Source: Styela clava (Eukaryota). Taken from it: a DNA stretch of 64,000 bases. Shown piece by piece: positions 11,742-22,702 of the stretch. Under the pieces are notes generated by a model that did no database searches, was not told the DNA's origin, and worked only from the letters and a program-made list of their open reading frames with translations. The stretch's first letter is position 1. The number at the start of each line of letters is the position of its first letter. Position numbers and translations under genes: made by a program. Location of the stretch: assembly GCF_964204865.1 (NCBI RefSeq), contig NC_135260.1, positions 21,266,001 to 21,330,000 on the forward strand, in the 5' to 3' direction.

Positions 11742-13142
11742 CAAGGTGTGGCTAAAAAGAAACGAGACTATTGAATTTAGAAGTTTATTTAGATGCATAT
11801 CGTACAATGTCTGCATTGTCTAACACATACACGCCCTAAGCCATCTCTAATTGTCCCCTTCGAAATATTCCCCATTGGCTTTTATGCACTTTTCCATTCT
11901 TTTTGACCACGCTTTAAAGCACTGTGAAAATTCTTCTTTTGTAATGGTTTTGAGGTGTCTAGTCACGCTGGTCTTGATATCCTCGACTCCTTGGAAGCGT
12001 GTCCCCTTGAGAATCCCCTTCAGCTTTGGAAAAAGAAAGAAATCGCAAGGGGCTAAGTCCGGCGAATAAGGTGGATGATGCAACGTGGTGATTTCTTTCG
12101 AGACCAAGAACTGTTTCACGCTGAGGGCTGTGTGGGCAGGAGCGTCGTCGTGATGCAAGATCCAAGTTTTTCCCGCCCAGGAAGCTCTTCGTTTCTGACG
12201 AATTTTGTTGACAAGACGAGTCATAACTTCCTTGTAAAAGTGTTGGTTAACCGTTTGTCCTTGGGGAACAAACTCATGATGCACCATTCCCTGGTGGTCA
12301 AAGAAGGCGATGAGCATCACTTTCACTTGTGAACGTTGCATGCGGGCTTTCTTTGGTCTGGGAGAGGACACACTTTTCCACTGACGACTCTGTCGTTTTG
12401 TTTCCGGATCATATTGAAAGACCCATGACTCGTCTCCTGTGATGATGTTTTCCAAGAGTTTTTCGTCTGCTTCTATCTGCTGAAGGATGTCTCGGCATGC
12501 ATTCAATCGTTGAGCTTTCTGCTCATCAGTCAAGAGCCTTGGCACCATTTTGGCACAAACCTTTTGCATGCCCAAAGTGTCAACCAAAATGGTGCGGACC
12601 GTTTCTTTGTCCATCCCAATTTCGTTGGCAATGACGCGAATTGTTAAGCGACGGTCACTGCGAACCAACTGCCCAACCTTTTCGATGTTGGAATCAGTAG
12701 TGGAAGTGCAAGGCCTCCCTGACTTCGGATCATCCTCCGCATCCTCCCTGCCTCCCACAAATCGCTTGTGCCATTCAAAAACTCTTGCTCTGGACATGGA
12801 ATAATCTCCATAAACATCACGCAACATCTGCAAAGTCTCAGTCGCCGTTTTTCCAAGTTTGACACAAAATTTAATGTTAATTCTTTGCTCAGTCGTCATT
12901 CTTTAATTGAACCCCCTATTGCCTAAAAACTCAATCAGATCTCGCACAGCAATTTTTTCAACAAGCAGTTAATCACATTCACTTATGGCTTCTAAAAAGC
13001 AAAAATAATTGCGATGTTGTGTCAAAACAGCTGTTGAACAAAGAACACATATTACGCCACACTGTAAAAGTGTTGATTACCGATGGTTAATCGTGTTGCG
13101 CAATCTGTGACGTCAGTCTCGTTTCTTTTTAGCCACACCTCG
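11742..13142 (-). mobile_element. Full-length mariner (Tc1/mariner, DD34D) element, 1401 bp
   Basis: 28-bp TIR C(A/G)AGGTGTGGCTAAAAAGAAACGAGACT with one mismatch, TA TSD on both sides, intact transposase ORF. Confidence 0.96.
11847..12899 (-). CDS. Mariner transposase, 350 aa, uninterrupted
   Basis: HTH N-terminus (EQRINIKFCVKLGK), GRP, KMVPRLL linker, ITGDESW, HHDDAPAH, YSPDLAPCDFFLF; 34 residues between the second and third Asp. Confidence 0.95.
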   Translation of the reverse strand: MTTEQRINIKFCVKLGKTATETLQMLRDVYGDYSMSRARVFEWHKRFVGGREDAEDDPKSGRPCTSTTDSNIEKVGQLVRSDRRLTIRVIANEIGMDKETVRTILVDTLGMQKVCAKMVPRLLTDEQKAQRLNACRDILQQIEADEKLLENIITGDESWVFQYDPETKRQSRQWKSVSSPRPKKARMQRSQVKVMLIAFFDHQGMVHHEFVPQGQTVNQHFYKEVMTRLVNKIRQKRRASWAGKTWILHHDDAPAHTALSVKQFLVSKEITTLHHPPYSPDLAPCDFFLFPKLKGILKGTRFQGVEDIKTSVTRHLKTITKEEFSQCFKAWSKRMEKCIKANGEYFEGDN

Positions 13143-13421
13143 TAGATACTAAATCATAATAACCAGTACAACACACTATCCAAATTCCAAGAATTTCCTT
13201 TTCATTTGGCTCAATAAAATAAACACTCCATGTGTCTCACAAACGAGGCTGATGCTTCATATCACGCCATGCTTGTCTCAATAATAATCTAAATTAATCG
13301 CGGCCATCACATGACCAAAATTGCTGTTTTTTTCTAAAAACTCTCGAATGCTACGGTAAAATTTTTTTGTATCATTACCGATATTGAGGGACAACAATGT
13401 CCAGACGTCTCCCGAAGGAGG

Positions 13422-14092
13422 GAGTGGAAGTGGTGACTCCTCTTCGGCCCATGGGCCGGGGCCACGGCCCATCAAATTGGGCCTCGGCCCATCAGGCTAT
13501 GGGCTGCGGCCCATCAAGTTGTGTAAAGAAACTATTCACTTGGCTAACACAGACAGTCCCCAAACTCATAATAGAACTAAAATGTAAAAAATCTGAACAA
13601 AATTTTGCCCTAACCTGGTACACATACTACAGGAGTTTATTTTTTTAGTTCGAATATTGACAATTTTGTAAAAATTGAAAATTTTGGTAAGATAATTGAA
13701 TTTTTCCTAGCTTGATGGGCCACGGCCCATTTGGTAGGGCTTATGACAGTATAATATGCAACTTCCTAAACATTGATTCAAAAATAATTATATTCAATAT
13801 CTTGTAATCCGGATAATATGTTTTCAACAGGAATGGTGACTCCTCTACGGCCCATAGGCCGGGGCCACGGCCCATCTAATCGAGCCACATGGGCTGTGGC
13901 CCATCAAGCTATGCTATCAAGCTTTTTCACATTATAGTTCTATCATGAGTTCGGGGACTGTCTGTGTTAGCCAAGTGAATAGTCCCTTTACACAACTTGA
14001 TGGGCCGCGGCCCATAGCCTGATGGGTCGAGACCCAATTCGATGGGCTGTGGCCCCGGCCCATGGGCCGTGAAAGAGGCACCACTTCCACTC
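13422..14092. mobile_element. Foldback-type MITE with TIRs of about 160 bp and internal GGGCCnnGGCCCAT repeats
   Basis: GAGTGGAAGTGGTG...ATAGAACTA (13422-13580) is the reverse complement of 13934-14092 with scattered mismatches; internal partial copies. Confidence 0.8.
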
Positions 14093-14507
14093 TATGTTTT
14101 AGTAACAATTTAGCATAGTTCTGTTGAAAAAATTATCATTTTGCTGTTTTGGGCAATCACAGAATCAGAGTCTCAATTTGATATAAAATAGGCTATTGTT
14201 TGAGAGAGATTTACCGGAAAATGGGCATTGCAACAAAAATATGCATAAAGTTGCCCGGTATACAAGTAGGCTTATACGATACAGCCATCCAGTCATCAGA
14301 GTTCAGGTGTCAGCTCATTGCAGATTTTTGGATTTTCTTAAAAACTAATAAGTTATCTGATACTGATGACCATATTATTTTTTTTCTAAAACTGGAGGAC
14401 TGGAAGTCTAGTGACACCATACTGTCATACTGCTGTAGGCTACTGTCATAATACTGTAATACTGTACTATACAGAAGGCTAGAATGTATGTAATCCCATA
14501 TATTACT

Positions 14508-14773
14508 GTATTACAAAACTTGGTCCTTTGGCAAAATTAGGACACGAGAAACCTATAAAGTACGGTAACTTTAAAAGTAGTCTAATTAGAAAACAGAGTT
14601 TGTTTGGGTAATGCTTGTTCGTCCCTGACTGATAGCAAAAGCCTGTGTTACAAAACTTGGTCCTTTGGCAAAATTAGGACACGAGAAACCTAGGCCTATA
14701 AAGTACGGTACCGTAACTTTAAAAGTAGTCTAATTAGAAAACAGAGTTTGTTTGGGTTATGCTTGTTCGTCCC
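14508..14773. repeat. Tandem duplication with a period of about 138 bp
   Basis: TTACAAAACTTGGTCCTTTGGCAAAATTAGGACACGAGAAACC...GTTCGTCCC occurs twice. Confidence 0.85.
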
Positions 14774-14982
14774 ATTACCATAATCAGTTAAGATAGCAAA
14801 AGCCTAAAAACTGACAAACAGACGTGGATAAAAAAAAATTACTCAACGTCAGTATAATGCCAAATGGAGTTCCAGAAATTCGACAAGGCTACTGTAGAAT
14901 GTTTGATTACAAATAGCCTATATACCGATACTGATATACAGATATGGAAGAAATATCCCTGTTCCACTGATTGACAACTTAC

Positions 14983-15130
14983 CGTGTGATCAACCCACAA
15001 CTTATCCCGTATTCACATATAATGGAACGTTGATTTTTTTAACTCACTATTGCTAACTAACGGTAAAAATATGCGAAGCGAAGGATTTTCCCATTCAGCA
15101 GGCACATAAGTTCACTGGACTCACGGGTGT
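14983..15130 (-). promoter_or_regulatory. Candidate non-coding first exon / promoter of vinculin
   Basis: A splice acceptor lies 33 nt upstream of the vinculin ATG (tgtag| at 11607-11608). A consensus donor CG|GTAAGT is at 14977-14983 in locally CG-richer, non-repetitive sequence. The pairing is inferred. Confidence 0.4.
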
Positions 15131-15238
15131 GGCGCATCGTGCTTAGCGTTAAGAACAGTGGTTGGTTCCCAAATTTTTTTTTCGCGACCCCAATTTTTAT
15201 AAAATCAAAGCCTACAGATACTCGCGACCCCACACCTA

Positions 15239-15638
15239 CCGTGTTTTCCCAAAAATGAGACTGGGTCTTATTTCAATTTTCTTCCGAAAAATAACACTAG
15301 GGCCTATTTTCGCGGGATGTCTTATATTTTTATTTGTCAAAAACAAAGTTACAAAGTAGAGAATTACGGTATTTTCAAATATACAAAATATGAAAACCAA
15401 TATACATTTACTTATAAATAACACGCTTTTATTCAAAATATTTGAAAATTTTATTCAAAACATAGAACATTAATCATTTAAAACGTGTAGGAGAGATTTC
15501 TTGCTATTGACCAGGTCAAAAATAAAATTACGTTATTGACTAGGTCTTATTTTAAGGGAAGGGCTTATATTAAAATTATTTTCCAAATTCAGCCTAGTTC
15601 TTATTTTCAGGGTAGGTCTTATTTTCGGGGAAACACGG
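15239..15638. mobile_element. pogo/Tc2-like MITE, 400 bp, nested in a hAT-like end fragment (15156-)
   Basis: TIR CCGTGTTTTCCCAAAAAT / ATTTTCGGGGAAACACGG, TA on both sides. Confidence 0.8.
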
Positions 15639-16964
15639 TAGAAACGTTCAGCAACTTCAAAAATTAGTATATAAGTTCCCTCTTTCGAAGCACCCCATTT
15701 GATTCATAGATACTGTTTGTGACGGGCTATCTTGGATTCTTTACTTCACTTAGATTACTGTATTTAACTCTTTTTTACAATGAAGAGAAGCAGGAAATAT
15801 TCCAATAAGCTAGTAGAGCCTAAGCCACCAGTATTCAATTCAGTCAGATCTCTCGTCGAATTACCAAAATTTCTTCCTTCCGATAGCAAGTCGTTTGAAA
15901 TCAGTGCGATTCTAAATTCTGAATTCTATTTCAAATACAACATTTGCTCCGTCATATTGAAGATATCGCTTGGCCATTATTTCTCGTCTTATCACCCCGA
16001 ATATTATTATTAAACTACATCCCTTCTTTAGATATGAAAAATGACATCGTCTAAAACTTTTCGTTGTTGGATATATTCGAATTGTCGGTTATTGTTCAAT
16101 ATAACAAATCATGTATGAAATAAGCGTATCGATACTAAAAACAACCATGTATTCCACTAGTACCTGACTTACTCTATTGTACTCTAATAAATGGTTGGTT
16201 GTAAACCTTTCTACACCCTCGGACTGTTCACATTAGATAAAATGTATTCTCGGAACGGAACTGTGTCCGAACTTTCCAAGTTCTGATTTACTTTTGAATT
16301 TACATAATACATAAAAAGCTCAATCGAACGCTTCGATTGCACAAGGCACACGGATTTCTGAAGAAAACACGAGATTCTGCACACACCATTCGATAATGGA
16401 CATATACGTCAAAATTGAGTGGTATATTTGCGGCATAATGTTTTTTAGTCAGAGCAAGAATTATCTTTTTGTAAAAACTGAAAAACCAATACAAGTGTAT
16501 AAAAATTGACGTTTCTAAAATTTTCGAACGAATATATCAACTGGAATATGCAGAAACGCAATAATATTATAGACACGATAGAAAAATTTAAATAGAGAAA
16601 GAGACAACGAATCCCGGAGCCAGTTATTTTACGATGGCGATAAGGGCGATATTAAATCCGACATGAAAGTTAGTATTGTAGTAAGAATGAAATTCATTTG
16701 AAACTTTGGGTTGCAAATTGATTCCCATATCTTTCTTCGGTGTCTCGTCGCCAATGATCGCACAATATCTTTCGAGTTCATCGAACTGAACGCGCAGTTC
16801 TTCGAGAAATGAAAGCTAAGCATTACTGTCCACCGACTGACTTTACATGCGCGCTGAATAAAGCATTTGGATGTAGATCGCCGAGCAATCACACCACAAT
16901 CACGAAACACACTTAAGCCTATATGAAACCATGAAATTTTTAAACGTCTGCTTTAAAAATAGCT

Positions 16965-17033
16965 TGGTAGACCGAGGCTAGGGCAAGCTTGTTTGGTGTG
17001 AAGAAAGACTTTTGCCCTAGCCTCGGTCTACCA
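16965..17033. repeat. 69-nt hairpin with a perfect 22-bp stem
   Basis: TGGTAGACCGAGGCTAGGGCAA ... TTGCCCTAGCCTCGGTCTACCA. Confidence 0.9.
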
Positions 17034-19758
17034 TGTCATGATAGATTGCTAATTTTCAATTCACACTTCAATTTATTTTTAGTATCGAATAAAACAATTG
17101 AAGAAGTTCAATACATAAATGACGTTAATAAACATAACGTGATGGGATTTTAAAGACCACTGTTTATTGTTCCAAAAAGTCTGTTCCCAAAGTCTAAGTG
17201 GAATAACGTAAAGATTTTAATTAAATTCACGTACTGATTTTTGTAATCATAATCTCATTCTGATATTGCACCGCATGCTTCCCATGGAAATACATTTATT
17301 GGATGTTGTACATCGTCATTAGTTGCTAGTTGTATTAAAGTTATATAAATTTAATTGGACCAGTAATTTATCATTTTTGGCTTCATACCGAATAATTATC
17401 TATACTAGTTAATTTTCAACTGTTAATAGATAAAAATAATATAATAAAGCTAAGTGTTTAGAATTCGGGAAGTTGTGCAATACTGCTTGTATTGTAACCC
17501 AGCAGTAGCATTTCCAATGCGGAGAGCCACGATCTTGAGTTAAGTATGGTAGTTTACACGCTATATTGTATACTAGTCTGATATTCATCTAAATATGAGC
17601 AATGCAATTACTCTCAATTGAGTCTTTTATTATAATTTCATTTTTTTAATCGAGTCGTAGCGATTACCATATTCGTACTGAGAAAATTTTTGTTTGCGAT
17701 GAATTTGACAGCGAATTCACATTGAATGCGTTTTAACTCTATTTCATAAGCGTTTGCTCTTTTGTCAGTACAGGGAGACCTCGGGTTATTTATTATAATT
17801 TCATTTTTTCAATCGAGTCGTAGCGATTACCATATTCGTACTGAGAAAATTTTTGTTGGCGATGAATTTTACAGCGAATTCACATTGAATGCGTTTAACT
17901 CTATTTCATAAGCGTTTGCTCTTTTGTCAGTACAGGGAGACCTCGGGTTATGACGGTCGCGACTTACGGAACGATGTTTCGAGGTTACAAACGCGCACTC
18001 CATAACGCTGTTTCGAGGTTACGAACGCAATTAACGAACATATACAGATATAAAAGATAATACTGTACTGTAATATCTAAGCCTATAAACTGGATCATTG
18101 TGATCAAGAAAATCAGTGCTCTGGGCTCATTGGTTTTCGTTATAGCTAATTTCTCCAAATTCATGAATTGGATCGATATAGGGCCCGTTGTAACCAAAAA
18201 TATAATTGAATCGATAAAATATGGTAATTAGTATTCCAAACCCGAATCGATAATCCTAATGGAATCGATATCACCATACGCACATACGTATAAGTATTTG
18301 GAGTCAAGTCGTCTGTATCAGTGTCGTTTCGCCATGTCTCTTCATCGTTTGTTCTCTGTGTATAACTACAATATTAAACTCATCCACAACGTTCAATGTG
18401 TTCTTTGTGTGCTAAACTATTACGATTATGAACGAATAATCACTAAGCTTCAGTCACATGGTACCAGGGCTGCCACTCTAGATATTTTATATCTAGATCT
18501 AGATATTTTTTTCAAGATCTAGATGTAAAATTTGGAGCCTAGATGTTAGCTATAAAATCTAGATATTCAAGGTTCGAAGTATTATTCAGTGGGAAATAAA
18601 TAAATAGATGTGTATAATACTGTGATAGGTGAATTTATATTATTTCATTATTTAGAAGAATTGATGTAAGATTGATAAAACTCAGTTATATTGTATTCGT
18701 CCACCGCTACCATATGTAATTAATATATTTAAATAACAAATTAAACATGTGACGTTTTAATTAACGTTAAATAGAAAGGACGACGTTGGTTCGATGAGTC
18801 AGCGCTTAGTATTGCATTGTTGCCAAGGCTGAAAGGGGTGAGAATAACTTGTGTTGTACACTCTAAAAAAACTTGAGTCAATCGCGTGACTAATTCGAAA
18901 GAGTTAGGAACAAAATGACTCAATCGTGACTCGAGCGTCATTTCTCTCGCACTCTCACTCGTTTTTGAGTCAAATATTCTCTCGTTTGACGACCGCCTTC
19001 TTTCTCTCGCCGCTAATTTCTTTGTATATTTTTTAAAGTTGGAACCGGCGAAGCGTAGAATTGGCGGGGAAATCGTCATTTCTCCTCTCGCGTTGTCGAC
19101 GGCGGTTGTTTCGGCCGGAGGTTATCATGCAGCATGGCCACTCGCAGCTTGCGTCGCCTATCAGTTACGGTTAAATATATTATGCTGGGATTTTTATTTT
19201 GCGTGAGAGGCCAATAGGACAGTTGGATGGGGTAGGCTAGGTCGTTGTTTTTTTACAAGTGGATTACAAAGTGAATTGCTGTTATGACAGATGGAATTTA
19301 GCTTTCACCTGCTACATTCTGACAGTGCTAACAGCTTTGGGGCGGTTGTCCGTTGTCGGTAAGTGATTGCTAGCAGTGGATTCAAATAAGATTATCGAAA
19401 TGAGCATGAACTGCAGTATAGCACAACTGGCTACTGAGCCAAGTTAGATCTGCCGGCCTAAGCTACCGGTAGGCCTATTGTCTGACTGTTAAGTTAACTT
19501 TATGTCTGAAGTAGGCTACATGCTGTTCAAGCTCAAGTTACAGGGTCTATAAGACAGTACAACTAGCCTATGTCAGTCTGCCATCTCTTTCTTTCTTAAA
19601 CAGTTACCGATAACTCATTGCAGTGTTAAATTGGTACAGGTACTTTTATCACACTGCTTGCACAGCTATAGGCCTGGTATATATACTTGTCTTGTTTTGT
19701 TCTTTTATTGCAGTTAAGCATAACTTAGATATAACAGTAATCAAAGTAGTTTCTTGCA

Positions 19759-22702
19759 ATGGAATTTTCTCAAAATTTTTCTGTGAATGAAGTGGTGTCA
19801 TTTCTCAAAGAGAAGATTTTAGTAACATCCGAAATTGAACACATGATTCAAAGTAAGTTGGTACTTTCAACTTCCACCATGCCAATAAAATATGTGCATA
19901 TTATCCAAGATATATATTTATATATATATAGGGAATTCACTTTTTTGATGATTTTCCAACCTATTTTCAGAGGAGCAAATTAATGGCCAAACTCTGCTGG
20001 ATTTGAATGATAGCGATTTAAGGACTCTTGGATTCTCAACAATTCGTGCCGTGAAGGAAATGCAACGACTCATAATGCAATGCAAAAACGAAGCAAATGG
20101 CCCAAGTGTCATGTTGTGCCTAGAGGAGCCACCTGTAAGTAAATGGTTTATTGTACTGGTGTATCTACTTTCCGTTAGGTATATCATATTCGTGTTCTTT
20201 ATCTACAGTTTGCCAATCTTCATGGAAAGATTCTCCAGTTTTCAGGGGGTTGTGATGTTATTGGACATTTGAATGAGAATGGGTATCTTAGACGAAGAGA
20301 TCAGAAAATATTTACGAACATTTGTGTGGAAATATTAGTTTCTGAAGCTGTTAAGAGAGGATACAAAAAAAAGTAATTCATGTTTGTCTCGTAAGCGGGA
20401 GATGTTGAGATTGAGTCCTATGCAGGTCATCCCGACTGAGTGTAAATAATTGAGTAAGCTTATCCCGACCAACCTCATTCTCACAATATATAGTGGCTAC
20501 TGGTATAGAGCCTGGTTTGAAGCGAAAAGCGAAGAAACATATCACCTTCATAAAAAAATTATGGTCAGTCCTTGATGTCCTATTATTGTGGCACCCTGCC
20601 TGCCATGGGAACTTACCGGTACTATTTTTGTAGTGTTATGCTCTGGGTCTAATTGATCCGGGCTTTTGACAATTGCAGTTTACTCGTTTGATATAATACA
20701 TTTTTTATTGTTTATTAGCTACCCGCCATCTGCATTGAAAGTTGATCTCGCAAAATCAATTGTCGAGGAATTTCCAAAGCTGAAGTTAAAGTTAGAGGGA
20801 ACAACCGGATATGTACGTATTATCCTTTTGAGATAATTTCGCTTTCCCTACAAGGCATTATTTAATCTCATGAATCTTGTACACAATATTTCGTCATTAA
20901 GGCTGTATTCCTCTCTTCTGAAGTTGCCAAAATGGGTGTTAAATATGATTCTGTGTTTACTGCGAGTCTGCTCTCTGTCAGCTTTGTCATTAGGGCTCTT
21001 TTGTTGTTATTGTTAAATTGCTAAAAATGTTTTTAGGGCCATTATTATGATCCTCTTCGTGGTTCCGGCTTTATAGAAAACAAGCTCAAAACTTTACGAA
21101 AACAAATGGCAATAGAAGATAAGATGTATAAAAAACAAAAGAGAAGCCACTCAACATATGCAAGTAGTTCCAGTTTTGAGAGTAGCGAAGATGCTGACAC
21201 CAGTGGGAGTACTGTTGAACTGGATGCCTCACTTCTGGAAGACGATAGCCCTATACTGAAAAAGGTGGGAAATTTCTTATTTTTTTATAGGTGGTAATTT
21301 TTATTTCTCCGCAGCTAGTATTTTATTGGAATATTTTATATGCATATTGCTTTTCAGATTAAATGGCTGAAAGAAACCACACCTAACAAGGACAATAAGG
21401 CAGAAATATATAACATAATGAAGGAAAGTCATGACTATCGTAGGCTTGAAATACAGCTGAAGCCTATGACCTTAACTGACATTTTAGAAAAGTACCCAAG
21501 GTTCTGTGATGCTTATGAGGGTGGATTGGTAAGTTAGCAATAAATCTAGATGTAAAGTGCAATGTACATAGGCTGTTTATTATTGTATTCGGTGCTCCTG
21601 AAGTATGCGAACCAAGATGGCGGACATCGAAACGTAGCATGGGTAACAGGTTAGGGTTGGGCCATAATTTTATTCCAATTTTCGTTAACTTAGTCCTATT
21701 ATGAGTTCTTCCAAGTCCTTCCGTAGTATTTGTACCTAAAATTATGGCCTAACTCTAACCTAGTACACATATTACATTCCGATGTCCGCCATCTTGGTTC
21801 GCATTCTTCAGGAGCCCCTTGTATTCATCACATCAAGATATTTTTAAGAAGTACGGATATAGAAAGCATCTTTTTTTTTACATGTGCTTCTTGTGGACTC
21901 AGATTGACTGTGAATTTGAGATGAATTACCCGGAGTGTAAGAAGTTTATGGAAATTTTTCCACCACTCATTCAAAAAATTCTTAAAATGGATCAGGATTG
22001 TGTTCAGTGTGATGATGGTATGTGCTTTATGCTTTATATTACTGATATTTTATGTATAAATACTGGTTGACTTAGAACTATCTCTGCCACATTTCCAACT
22101 GGGCGGCAGTGAAATAGCTTTATTATATCTATGTTTTTTGTGTGAGAGCATATTTAGAGTACTTGACACATTTTAGATGGACTAAAGAGTCTTCTAGTTC
22201 TATCGAAGATTTTGCCACCTCTCAACACAAAGGGGAGGAAAGGACAAGAGCAGTGGGCATTATTTAAGTTTCAAGGGGTGCGTACTCTGTTTCCTAACTT
22301 GTTTGCAAAATACCATAGCAGATGCAACGTGACATGTTTCTGAATGAATTTTCAAAGTGATGACATCGTTTGGAAACTTATTCATTCTTTTTTATTCAGG
22401 CCGGCTGCAACGTTGGATATTATGCTGAAACCAGGCCTCCATCATTGAGACAGCCATTTTTATTGGTCATTGGTCCGAAATCTCATCCTGAGGAATTCTT
22501 CTTAATTCTTGACAAGAAAGTGGTGCCAGTTGGAAATTCATCATTGCTGGCTTTTTATAGACTGTTCGCTTCGTTTTGGATTTTTGGAATTGAGTACTAT
22601 GAAAAACTGGCAACTTTCTTCAATTTTTTTGAAGCTATTCTTTTCGGCATGGATCCCAAACCTTCAGTGGCCTCATTGTTGGCTGCATTGGACTTTGTGT
22701 AA
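19759..22702 (+). CDS. Intact 9-exon gene, 477 aa: N-terminal SAM domain and SAMD3-like / transposon-accessory C-terminus
   Basis: Exons 19759-19852, 19971-20134, 20209-20372, 20719-20812, 21037-21264, 21358-21528, 21903-22017, 22177-22277, 22400-22702, all GT-AG, total 1434 nt with no internal stop. SAM-like FSVNEVVSFLKE...EQINGQTLLDLNDSDLRTLGFSTIRAVKEMQRLI; motifs YPPSALKVDLAKSIVEEFPKL, ILEKYPRF, QPFLLVIG, AFYRLFASFWIFGIEY. Confidence 0.85.
21591..21818. mobile_element. Merlin-like MITE in intron 6 of the SAM gene
   Basis: Long TIR GGTGCTCCTGAAGTATGCGAACCAAGATGGCGGACATC / reverse complement ending GGAGCCCC; perfect 8-bp TSD TTGTATTC; related half copy at about 36441-36520. Confidence 0.8.

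Noticed and set aside
11851-12865. Antisense and alternate-frame ORFs within the mariner
   Set aside because: Shadow ORFs of the transposase.
13278-13648. Gly/Pro-rich ORFs
   Set aside because: By-product of GC-rich MITE repeats.
15016-15025. CArG-like CATATAATGG near the candidate vinculin first exon
   Set aside because: One mismatch to CC(A/T)6GG; expected by chance in AT-rich DNA.
16629-16910. ORF ending ...KDIVRSLATRHRRKI, reminiscent of a hAT/ZMYM-type C-terminus
   Set aside because: The similarity is too short and weak to call without a search.
17985-18522. Short ORFs repeated at 26117 and 39192
   Set aside because: They lie within non-coding repeats; the recurrence reflects duplication, not coding conservation.
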